Below are positions 10,267 through 17,442 of a stretch of DNA of 24,000 bases, one piece after another. The notes beneath the pieces are model-generated. The model did no database searches. It was given only the letters and a program-made list of their open reading frames with translations, and was not told the DNA's origin. Each line of letters starts with the position of its first letter. Positions within the stretch are counted from its first letter, which is position 1. The position numbers and the translations under genes were made by a program. The DNA comes from Tatumella morbirosei (lineage in GTDB: Bacteria; Pseudomonadota; Gammaproteobacteria; Enterobacterales; Enterobacteriaceae). The DNA is taken from the NCBI RefSeq assembly GCF_000757425.2, contig NZ_JPKR02000004.1, positions 759,941-783,940 on the forward strand. The letters are read 5' to 3'.

Positions 10267-10764
10267 ATGAGAGGCGTAATCATACTCTGTGTGCTCCTGC
10301 TGAGCGGTTGCATTAATATTTATGGTCCGGAGAAAAGTGAAGGTCAGGAAAATAAAACGAGCGATGCTGGTAACACAGGAATGCCAGAAAAAGTACAAAC
10401 CTTAACCCTGTCCAACCGATCACCTGAAGAACTGACCTCAGCTGTGGTCCGTTATTATCGCCTGAAGGGAGTTTCTCTGTCGGTCCAGGATAGCGGAAGC
10501 GGAATAGTGGCTGCCAGTGGAAATGATCCGCAACAAGCTGCTCAATGGCTTGACTGCGGATCGTTCAGCCAACCGGACAAACTGACGCTGGATTATCGGC
10601 TGGTAACACAAGTCTGGTCGGCGGGTGAGGGGAGCCATGTCATGATCCAGGTAACCGGTACTGCCGGTAAAGTCGGCGGAGATGGAAATGACAAGGTGAA
10701 ACCACTGGAATGCTCCTCAACCGGAGCCTTTGAGAGAGAGTTGGCGGAGGTGCTAAGAAAATAA
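10267..10764 (+). CDS. Hypothetical lipoprotein (family not recognised)
   Basis: 165 aa. The signal peptide has the lipobox MRGVIILCVLLLSG|C. The mature part is hydrophilic with two Cys (WLDCGS, PLECSS) that could form a disulfide. I recognise no catalytic motif. Confidence 0.75.
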   Translation: MRGVIILCVLLLSGCINIYGPEKSEGQENKTSDAGNTGMPEKVQTLTLSNRSPEELTSAVVRYYRLKGVSLSVQDSGSGIVAASGNDPQQAAQWLDCGSFSQPDKLTLDYRLVTQVWSAGEGSHVMIQVTGTAGKVGGDGNDKVKPLECSSTGAFERELAEVLRK

Positions 10765-11042
10765 CTTTATCCTGCTTTCTCTGTCTGGCATTAATCACCG
10801 ATATTCAGAAAAAATTTGGCATTATTATCTCCACTGAGAGTTTGACATTTTATCTCAACTCTTTAAGGTCTGTAATGCGTTTTATCGCACGGAGATATTT
10901 ATTGTGCGTTTAATTATCTATGATTCATCGCCATAAATATATTACAGACTAGCTGGCAGGTGTTTAATAATCTTTCTGAAATTATACGGAATGTGTTTTT
11001 TTATTTCAGTCAGAGAGTAACACCCTGCCTGAGGAGGATTAA

Positions 11043-11861
11043 ATGACAGGTAAACATCCGTTATTCCTGAATACCATTTTGCTGGGGGGGACAACAGAGC
11101 AAAAAATTGAGGCTGCCGCCGCCGCCGGATTTTCGCAGATTGAGCTTTGGCAACAGGATGTCTGGCAAACAGAGGGAAAAGCTCATCAGGTAAAACAGTG
11201 GCTGACAGAGTCAGAGATGACGCTCACCGACTATCAGGTTTTGCTGGATTTTGATGGTGCCTCAGAAACTCACCGGCAAACTAAACGTCAGGAAGCGCTG
11301 GATATACTGGATACTGCAGTCTGTGTCGGGGCGCATACGGTGCTGGTTCCGGCCAACACTTCTGCGGATTGTCAGCAAAGCAATATTATTACCGATTTAC
11401 GCTGGCTGGTGGATCAGGCTGTGCAGAGAAAATTGCGGATTGCCTATGAGGCGATGAGCTGGAGCACTTTTATTAACACCACACCGAAAGCCTGGAAGAT
11501 AGTTCAGGAAATCGACTCGCCGTCAATGGGACTGGTGATTGATGCCTTCCATATTTTTGCCCTGAACAGAACGGCCGATGATCTCAGGGATATTCCGGCT
11601 GACAAAATTTTTCTGGTGCAACTCTCGGATGTCAGTGAAATTCCATCACGTGACCGTCTTATCGGGGTAGCCAGACATAACCGTCTGTTACCAGGGGACG
11701 GTGTTTTTCCGATAAACACATTATTACGTCGCCTCGCTGAGATGAATTATCAGGGGCCTGTGGGTCTGGAAGTCTTTAATGAAAAGCTGAAAGCACAGGA
11801 ACCTCATCAGGTGGCGCGCCAGGCCTTCGCCGCACTGAATAACATTTTTAGCAGTGATTAA
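11043..11861 (+). CDS. Sugar phosphate isomerase/epimerase family protein (xylose-isomerase-like TIM barrel; resembles the dehydratase domain of 3-dehydroshikimate dehydratases)
   Basis: 272 aa. A strong SD (GAGGAGG) lies 5 nt upstream. The pattern AAAAGFSQIELW...GAHTVLVPA...IAYEAMSW...LVIDAFHIF...LVQLSDV...R.LPGDG.FP...GPVGLEVFN is the metal-ligand and strand pattern of the AP_endonuc_2 / QuiC-AsbF-like TIM-barrel family. Substrate specificity cannot be read from the sequence. Confidence 0.75.
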   Translation: MTGKHPLFLNTILLGGTTEQKIEAAAAAGFSQIELWQQDVWQTEGKAHQVKQWLTESEMTLTDYQVLLDFDGASETHRQTKRQEALDILDTAVCVGAHTVLVPANTSADCQQSNIITDLRWLVDQAVQRKLRIAYEAMSWSTFINTTPKAWKIVQEIDSPSMGLVIDAFHIFALNRTADDLRDIPADKIFLVQLSDVSEIPSRDRLIGVARHNRLLPGDGVFPINTLLRRLAEMNYQGPVGLEVFNEKLKAQEPHQVARQAFAALNNIFSSD

Positions 11862-11879
11862 CAGATGACTGACCAAAAT

Positions 11880-11950
11880 GCGGTGAGAGATAACTTACCG
11901 CTTATTATTCTCCCCGTTTTTGCTGAAACAGGGGGCAATTTTCTTTTCTG
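11880..11950 (+). terminator. Two tandem hairpins with T-rich tails (probable rho-independent terminator of the TIM-barrel gene)
   Basis: Hairpin 1 is GCGGTGAG-agataa-CTTACCGC (8 bp including one G-U) at 11880-11901, followed by ttattattc. Hairpin 2 is CCCCGTTT-ttgctg-AAAC(A)GGGG at 11912-11935, followed by caattttcttttc. Confidence 0.45.
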
Positions 11951-12004
11951 GCAGAAAATTACTGCTATTCTGAAACTAAATAGTCCTGACAGAATCTCTG
12001 TTTA

Positions 12005-12376
12005 ATGAAAGATCTGCTGCTTATCCTGGTGTTTAGCCTGACGATGCTGACTTTGGTCGGAATGTCTCTGTTGGGGACATGGATAGCTCAGATAAATATT
12101 GGGTTTGATGAAGATCAACGAGCCTGCCCGGGTTTAACCTCGCAGCAGGTGGTTGACGGCGTGATGAGTAATCTGCTGCGTAAGCGTGAAACCCGCGGGG
12201 AATGGTATTTGCTGAGCCGTGACGAGATTATTATCAACCCTGCCGACGTTAAGATTGGCAAATCAGATTTCTTCGTACCCTTTCATTATACCCGTAAACC
12301 TGGCATGGTATATGACGCGATGGGGGGATGTGCTTACCCGAATTCGGTGGAATACGCTGCAGGTCATCCTGACTAA
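12005..12376 (+). CDS. Small membrane-anchored periplasmic protein, probably of the YebF / colicin M immunity (Cmi)-like family
   Basis: 123 aa with an N-terminal hydrophobic anchor (LLLILVFSLTMLTLVGMSLLGTWIA) and two Cys 68 residues apart. The C-terminal block FFVPFHYTRKPGMVYDAMGGCAYPNSVEYAAG resembles my recollection of Cmi (LLVPFKAEGPDGKRMYYGMYHCEEGYVEYAND). An AC-xx-[LV][ST]-x-[EQ]Q block after the anchor also matches. The confidence value is for a real CDS; the family assignment is about 0.4. Confidence 0.7.
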   Translation: MKDLLLILVFSLTMLTLVGMSLLGTWIAQINIGFDEDQRACPGLTSQQVVDGVMSNLLRKRETRGEWYLLSRDEIIINPADVKIGKSDFFVPFHYTRKPGMVYDAMGGCAYPNSVEYAAGHPD

Positions 12377-12447
12377 CATCATGACCCGCAATCTGTGACC
12401 GCACCTTTTGAAATCCTGCTTTCAGCAGGTGATAGCGGATGCCGCTG

Positions 12448-13164
12448 CTATATCTGTTGCCGGAATTTTGCCGGTGTCTGCCCAAAGTGCCGCCGGAATG
12501 CTGCAATATAAGCACTAATATTAGTGTAACCAAAGTCGGCCGCAATCATTTCAATTCGCCCTCCCGCCAGTACCGATTCCAGAGAAGCGACCAGTTTCGC
12601 CTGTTGCCGCCACAGGCTGAAACTCAGCCCGGTTTGCTGGCGAAATAGTCGGCTGAGGGTCCGTTCGCTGAGCCCTTGTTTTGCTGCAAGTTCTGTCCGG
12701 GTCAGAGCAGAATCCGGATGGTTAATGATAAATATTGCCACCGCTTTTGCCCTGCGATCCCCTGGCAGAACAATATGATGTGGCAGTGACGGAGCCGCTG
12801 AGATTTCATAAGCCAGCAGCGCCAGCCCTGACTGACCATAGCCCTTGTCGGGATTATCGCGGAGTCTTTCCAGTAATTGCGGAATAAATGTCCCTGCGCG
12901 AAACAGGTGTGGAATGGCCGGAAAGCGCAGATTATCTGTGGCATGAAAATAGATATTTATTCCTGACACCTGATTGCCGGCTGTTGAACGGTGATCCGTG
13001 CCGGGCGGAAACCAGGCCAGAGTTCCTGGCGTAACCAACCATTGTGCACTGAAGGTTTCGATCATCATGGTTCCGGATAGCGGATAATAAAGCTGACCGC
13101 AACTGTGCTGGTGCCAGTCGGTGTGCTGCTGTGGCTGATATTCAAAGTCACGAAAGGTCAACAT
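12448..13164 (-). CDS. AraC/XylS-family transcriptional regulator with N-terminal cupin domain
   Basis: 238 aa. The cupin-like N-terminus (DWHQHSCGQLYYPLSGTMMIET...PPGTDHRS) is followed by a C-terminal double HTH (LAAKQGLSERTLSRLFRQQTGLSF...IAADFGYTNISAYIAAFRRHFGQTPAKF). Confidence 0.9.
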   Translation of the reverse strand: MLTFRDFEYQPQQHTDWHQHSCGQLYYPLSGTMMIETFSAQWLVTPGTLAWFPPGTDHRSTAGNQVSGINIYFHATDNLRFPAIPHLFRAGTFIPQLLERLRDNPDKGYGQSGLALLAYEISAAPSLPHHIVLPGDRRAKAVAIFIINHPDSALTRTELAAKQGLSERTLSRLFRQQTGLSFSLWRQQAKLVASLESVLAGGRIEMIAADFGYTNISAYIAAFRRHFGQTPAKFRQQI

Positions 13165-13186
13165 GGCCGGTTATCCGTATTTTTTG

Positions 13187-13198
13187 TCCTGATCAGGA
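13187..13198. promoter_or_regulatory. Perfect 12-bp palindrome TCCTGATCAGGA (central GATC) in the AraC / SnoaL divergent spacer
   Basis: Seen directly in the 93-bp spacer 13165-13257. Its position suits an operator, and it contains a Dam GATC site. No family-specific consensus is known to me. Confidence 0.3.
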
Positions 13199-13257
13199 TA
13201 ACAGGTCATCACCGCACTGTGCCAGACTGGTTTTGGGTCAATATTTGAGGAACTGAG

Positions 13258-13647
13258 ATGAATAATTCTCTGAAACTGGTTAGCCAGGCATTAGAAACCG
13301 TGATTGCCAGTGTCGTGCATGATGAGTCTGTATTGCAGCAATTTTTTAGTCATGATTATCAGCAGTATGTAGATGATAAGGTACTTAATTTTCGTCAGTT
13401 TGTGAGTCATATGCAGACGCTGAAACAGCACAGTCTGCAGAGGCAACTCCGGATAATCGCCTGTGCCGCAGCGCAGCAGACAGTATTTACCCGCCATCGG
13501 GTGGCAGTGACCCACGACGACGGACAGGTCAGTGAATTTGAGGTCATGGCTCAGTTTGAATTGCGCGACGGCAAAATCTGTCGCTGCCATGAACTCACCC
13601 GACAGATCTTCGGCCCTGAGCAGCATCGGGATTTAGGCAGCCGCTAA
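13258..13647 (+). CDS. SnoaL-like / NTF2-fold small protein
   Basis: 129 aa with SD GAGGAA upstream. The size, the alternating helix-then-strand composition and the C-terminal pattern (VFTRHRVAVTHDDGQVSEFEVMAQFELRDGKICRCHELT) are typical of the NTF2-like/SnoaL polyketide-cyclase-like superfamily. The assignment is by fold pattern, not by a strict motif. Confidence 0.65.
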   Translation: MNNSLKLVSQALETVIASVVHDESVLQQFFSHDYQQYVDDKVLNFRQFVSHMQTLKQHSLQRQLRIIACAAAQQTVFTRHRVAVTHDDGQVSEFEVMAQFELRDGKICRCHELTRQIFGPEQHRDLGSR

Positions 13648-13721
13648 AACACCGGCGGAGATGAACTGTGATAACCGCTAATGATATCCTGTCTGCGAAC
13701 TCTGTTATTGAAGGTGAGCTT

Positions 13722-14150
13722 ATGTGGATTCAGAAAACCGTAAAACTTGCCCCGCGTAGTCGGGGTTTTCACCTGATCACTGCTGAAATTGAGCGGTCCT
13801 TGCCTGAGATGGCACAAATAAGGACAGGTCTGTTGCATATTTTTATTCAGCACACATCAGCCTCTCTGACCATTAATGAAAATGCTGATCCGACGGTCAG
13901 AGGGGATTTCGAACGTTTTTTTAATCATGCTGTGCCGGAAAATGAGCCTTATTACCAGCATACTTATGAAGGCAGTGATGATATGCCAGCGCATCTGAAA
14001 AGTAGTCTGCTGGGGCCGGCGCTGATGATCCCACTGACTCATGGCGAGCTGAATTTAGGGACATGGCAGGGTATTTATTTATGTGAACACCGTAATCATG
14101 GTGGTAGCCGGACTGTGGTACTGACATTACAGGGTGAACCGTTCCGTTAA
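13722..14150 (+). CDS. yjbQ: YjbQ/UPF0047 family protein (secondary thiamine-phosphate synthase-like)
   Basis: ORF 13668..14150, trimmed to ATG 13722 ([20 protein letters not shown]...). The 142 aa are essentially colinear with E. coli YjbQ as I recall it ([20 protein letters not shown]...[23 protein letters not shown]...YEG.DDMP.H.KSS.LG...GTWQGI.L.EHR.HGGSR...TLQGE). Confidence 0.9.
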   Translation: MWIQKTVKLAPRSRGFHLITAEIERSLPEMAQIRTGLLHIFIQHTSASLTINENADPTVRGDFERFFNHAVPENEPYYQHTYEGSDDMPAHLKSSLLGPALMIPLTHGELNLGTWQGIYLCEHRNHGGSRTVVLTLQGEPFR

Positions 14151-14342
14151 ACTTTGCATTTAATTACATTGTTAAATACGGAAAATTAGTTTTTATGAGT
14201 TATTGTTTACTACTGATATTACTGAATGAATTTGATGATAATCAGCAAAAATATTGGCTATGAATTTGGTTATGAATAAAGCTTAAATGATTAGAGTGTT
14301 GCAAGGATATCAATATCACACTTCATTTATCCGGAGTATTTA

Positions 14343-14924
14343 ATGAGACTCAATAAAGCCCTTTTACCTCTGATGACGTTAGCAAGTTTGTATATTCCCC
14401 TGTCACAGGCTCAGGAGTTGACCTATCAACTGGACCCTAATCACACTTCAGTCATTGTGACATGGAACCATTTTGGTTTTTCTCACCCGACAGCCAATAT
14501 TCCCTCTACTTCAGGGACTCTGGTATTTGACCCTCAACATCCGGACAAAGCTAAACTTGATGTGACTATTCCGGTGAATCAGATAGATACACATGTTCCT
14601 GCGCTGACCTCTGAATTTCGCGGTGACAAATACTTTGATGTTGCCAAATATCCGACCGCGACTTTCCGCAGCACCAAAGTGGTCGAGAAAGGCCACAATA
14701 AATATGATGTTTTTGGGGAGCTAACCTTAAAAGGCATTACAAAACCAGTCACGTTGCACGCCACACTGAATAAACTGGGTGAACAGCCGATGCTGAAAAA
14801 ACCCGCGGTAGGATTTGATGCAACAGCCACACTTAAACGTTCTGAATTTAAACTGGATCAGTATGTCCCGCAGGTTGCTGATGAAGTGACACTGACTATT
14901 TCTACCGAAGCACACGGTCAGTAA
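14343..14924 (+). CDS. yceI: YceI-family periplasmic polyisoprenoid-binding protein
   Basis: 193 aa with a signal peptide (..LASLYIPLSQA|QE). The YceI lipocalin-like pattern is present: Y.LDP.HTSV...H.GFS...F....G.L.FD...P....L.V.I....DT......L......FD..KYPTATF.ST.V......Y.V.GELTLKGITKPVTL. Confidence 0.9.
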   Translation: MRLNKALLPLMTLASLYIPLSQAQELTYQLDPNHTSVIVTWNHFGFSHPTANIPSTSGTLVFDPQHPDKAKLDVTIPVNQIDTHVPALTSEFRGDKYFDVAKYPTATFRSTKVVEKGHNKYDVFGELTLKGITKPVTLHATLNKLGEQPMLKKPAVGFDATATLKRSEFKLDQYVPQVADEVTLTISTEAHGQ

Positions 14925-14951
14925 TCAGACAATAAATTTACGGTAAAAGAG

Positions 14952-14970
14952 CCGGTGATTAATTCACCGG
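14952..14970. terminator. Hairpin between convergent yceI and maa (weak bidirectional terminator candidate)
   Basis: CCGGTGA-ttaat-TCACCGG, a 7-bp stem. It overlaps the maa stop codon. No clear U-tract on either strand, so confidence is low. Confidence 0.3.
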
Positions 14971-15531
14971 ACTCTGATTAATTTCACGTAACACTCTGCA
15001 GGGGTTACCTGCGGCTACCACATTTGCCGGGATATTTTTAGTCACCACGCTGCCGGCACCAATGACACTGTTATCCCCCACAGATACTCCGGGAACGATA
15101 TTCACGCCTGCCCCAATCCAGACGTTATTACCAATAGTGACTGGCAGTGCATATTCCAGTCCCTGGTTGCGGGTCGGATAATCCAGCGGGTGGCCCGCAG
15201 TATGTAATCCGACATTGGGACCGATAAACACATTGTCGCCAATGGTAACTTTGGCGGCATCAAGAATAATCAGGTTGTGGTTGGCATAGAAATTTTCGCC
15301 AAGAAAAATATGCGAGCCGTAATCACAATAAAATGGGGGTTCGATAACAATATTCGGTCCGCATTTTCCGAGCAGATTTTTTAACATACGGCGCCTTAAC
15401 TCAGTGTCCTCGGCCGGCGTCTGGTTGTAACGAGCACAGGCCTGTTTTACATGCGTTCTCAGCGCCAGAATGGCCGAATCGTGGTTAGCATCATACAACT
15501 GACCATCAGCGACCCGGGTAATCTTATTCAT
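14959..15531 (-). CDS. maa: Maltose/galactoside O-acetyltransferase (left-handed beta-helix, hexapeptide repeat)
   Basis: 190 aa, colinear with E. coli Maa/LacA as I recall them. It has the N-terminal Mac domain (...LYDANHDSAILALRTHVKQACARYNQT...) and hexapeptide repeats (IGDNVFIGPNVGLHTAGHP...VTIGNNVWIGAGVNIVPGVSVGDNSVIGAGSVVTKNIP.NVVAAGNP). Confidence 0.9.
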   Translation of the reverse strand: MNKITRVADGQLYDANHDSAILALRTHVKQACARYNQTPAEDTELRRRMLKNLLGKCGPNIVIEPPFYCDYGSHIFLGENFYANHNLIILDAAKVTIGDNVFIGPNVGLHTAGHPLDYPTRNQGLEYALPVTIGNNVWIGAGVNIVPGVSVGDNSVIGAGSVVTKNIPANVVAAGNPCRVLREINQSPVN

Positions 15532-15749
15532 GGTTATTATTCCTTGTCATAGGGAAAGTGGAATTTTCACTGCGCCTGATGAGCATAGGGTAATTATCTG
15601 TCTGTGTAGTGTTCTTTTTATCTGAATTGCGCGATGAGAGGGCAAATTGTCCGTTATGCAAAGATGGCTGTCAGTTAAGGCGGCGCAACTGCTTATCGTT
15701 TGGGACATACTCTGTGTATATTCCGATGTTGAGCAAATGGAGCGTCATT

Positions 15750-17435
15750 ATGTTAGCTGACCCGTCAAAGAAATATTTGGCCTATCCGGTCGTCAATCTG
15801 CCCGATCGTCAGTGGCCCGGTAATACGTTAACTAAAGTTCCCCAGTGGTGCTCCAGTGATTTACGTGACGGTAACCAGTCACTGGCAGAACCCATGGATA
15901 ACCCGCGTAAACGACAGTTTTTTGAGATGCTGGTTCGTTGCGGGTTTAAGCAAATTGAGGTGGCTTTTCCTTCAGCTTCGCAAACGGATTTCGATTTTGT
16001 TCGTGGCCTGATTACTGATAAGGCTGTTCCGGACGATGTGATTATCCAGGTGCTGACTCCTTCGCGTAATGATCTGATTGAACGTACTTTCGAAGCGTTA
16101 AAGGGTATTCCTCAGGCGATTGTTCATCTCTACAACGCCACCTCACCGTTGTTCCGTGAAGTCGTGTTTAACCAGGATAAAGCAGCGACCCGGGAACTGG
16201 CGGTCAGAGGCGCAAAACATATTCGCCGGCTGGCTGAGCAATATCCGCAGACCCGCTGGACCTTCGAGTATTCACCAGAAACCTTCTGTTTTACTGAACT
16301 GGATTTTTCGCTGGAAGTGTGTGAAGCCGTCGCTGAGGTCTGGGACCCTTGTGACGAACGACCGATGATTATTAATTTGCCGGCGACGGTTGAGGTCAAT
16401 ACTCCGAACGTTTATGCCGACCAGATTGAGTGGTTCTGCCGCCATTTCAGCCGCCGGAAACAGGTGTCCATCAGTGTCCATCCACATAATGACCGGGGCA
16501 CCGGCGTCGCCAGTGCAGAACTGGCGATGCTGGCCGGAGCCGATCGCGTTGAAGGTTGCCTGTTTGGTAATGGTGAGCGCACCGGTAATGTGGATCTGGT
16601 CACTCTGGCACTGAATCTCTATACCCAGGGGATTTCACCCGGGCTGGATTTTAGTAATCTGCCGGAGATTGTTGAACTGGTAGAGCAGTGTAATCAGTTA
16701 CCCGTACACCCACGTCATCCTTATGCCGGTGAGCTGGTGTTTACCGCGTTCTCAGGTTCTCATCAGGATGCTATCAAAAAAGGCTTTGCTGTCCGCCAGC
16801 AGAATCCGGATCAGCCGTGGCAGATCCCTTATCTGTCACTGGATCCCGTCGATGTCGGTTGTAATTATGAAGCCGTGATCCGAGTGAACAGTCAGTCCGG
16901 CAAGAGTGGGGCGGCCTGGTTGCTGGAACAGAATCATGGACTGAAATTACCGCGAGGGGTACAGATCGATTTCAGCAAAGTGGTACAGCGCGAAACGGAT
17001 GCTACCGGTCGGGAGATGAGCAGTGGCGATATCTGGCGGTTATTCCGTCAAAGTTACGGGTTGAATGAACAACCGGTCATTGAATTGCTGAGCTATGAAA
17101 TTCGCAGTGATGAGCGTGATATTCGTCATTTCACGGCTACGGTCGGATATCAGGGAGGGCAGCGCCAAATCCGCGGTAGTGGTAACGGGCTGCTGTCGGC
17201 GGCGGTGGATGCCGTATGTCACAGTTTTGATATCCAGGCGCAGATTGGTGATTACGATGAGCATACTTTGGGTCATCAAAGTCACAGCCGGGCGGTGGCT
17301 TATGTCAGTTGCCAGTCCGGCAACGGTGAACGCTTAATCGGTGTAGGTATTGATAACGATGTTTCTGCTGCATCTTTGCAGGCTCTGTTTAATGCCTGCG
17401 GTCAGTTGGAAAGCATTAAAGGCGTTAAGGCCTGA
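15750..17435 (+). CDS. leuA: 2-isopropylmalate synthase, type 2 (long, actinobacterial/pseudomonad-type LeuA) or a close DRE-TIM paralog
   Basis: ORF 15609..17435, trimmed to ATG 15750 (GGAG 7 nt upstream), giving 561 aa. There is block-by-block identity to my recollection of M. tuberculosis LeuA: W.SSDLRDGNQSL..PM...K...F..LV..G.K.IEV.FPSASQTDFDFVR, NLPATVE..TPNVYADQIEW, HPHNDRGTGVA.AELA.LAGADR.EGCLFGNGERTGNV, FTAFSGSHQDAI.KG, and VIRVNSQSGK.G. A C-terminal LeuA dimerisation/regulatory domain is also present. Confidence 0.9.
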   Translation: MLADPSKKYLAYPVVNLPDRQWPGNTLTKVPQWCSSDLRDGNQSLAEPMDNPRKRQFFEMLVRCGFKQIEVAFPSASQTDFDFVRGLITDKAVPDDVIIQVLTPSRNDLIERTFEALKGIPQAIVHLYNATSPLFREVVFNQDKAATRELAVRGAKHIRRLAEQYPQTRWTFEYSPETFCFTELDFSLEVCEAVAEVWDPCDERPMIINLPATVEVNTPNVYADQIEWFCRHFSRRKQVSISVHPHNDRGTGVASAELAMLAGADRVEGCLFGNGERTGNVDLVTLALNLYTQGISPGLDFSNLPEIVELVEQCNQLPVHPRHPYAGELVFTAFSGSHQDAIKKGFAVRQQNPDQPWQIPYLSLDPVDVGCNYEAVIRVNSQSGKSGAAWLLEQNHGLKLPRGVQIDFSKVVQRETDATGREMSSGDIWRLFRQSYGLNEQPVIELLSYEIRSDERDIRHFTATVGYQGGQRQIRGSGNGLLSAAVDAVCHSFDIQAQIGDYDEHTLGHQSHSRAVAYVSCQSGNGERLIGVGIDNDVSAASLQALFNACGQLESIKGVKA

Positions 17436-17442
17436 CGGTCGG

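Noticed and set aside
10144-10398. 84-aa minus-strand ORF overlapping the lipoprotein gene start
   Set aside because: It is antisense to two lipobox-bearing ORFs and has no SD. Its sequence is not protein-like (Phe/Thr/Ile-rich with internal His/Gln runs). It is judged a shadow ORF.
12249-12648. ORFs 12249..12545 (-) and 12439..12648 (+) bridging the Cmi-like/AraC junction
   Set aside because: Both overlap better-supported genes (the Cmi-like C-terminus and the AraC HTH region) in other frames and have no motifs.
14226-14250. Fur box at TTTGATGATAATCAGCAAA upstream of yceI
   Set aside because: Only the core TGATAATCA matches. Hand alignment gives about 12 of 19 positions, which is within expectation for AT-rich DNA.
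15609-15749. N-terminal 47-codon extension of the LeuA ORF, and similar extensions at 13668-13721, 18217-18360, 6002-6097, 19089-19160 and 1051-1071
   Set aside because: The extensions are not homologous to the respective families. They lack SDs, whereas the internal ATGs have them. In several cases they begin at non-ATG codons or run through the neighbouring gene's promoter.
15532-15749. Leucine-type leader peptide or attenuator upstream of the type-2 leuA
   Set aside because: The mini-ORFs present (for example MRGQIVRYAKMAVS, and a 35-codon ORF overlapping the start) contain no Leu-codon run. I found no terminator/antiterminator pair.
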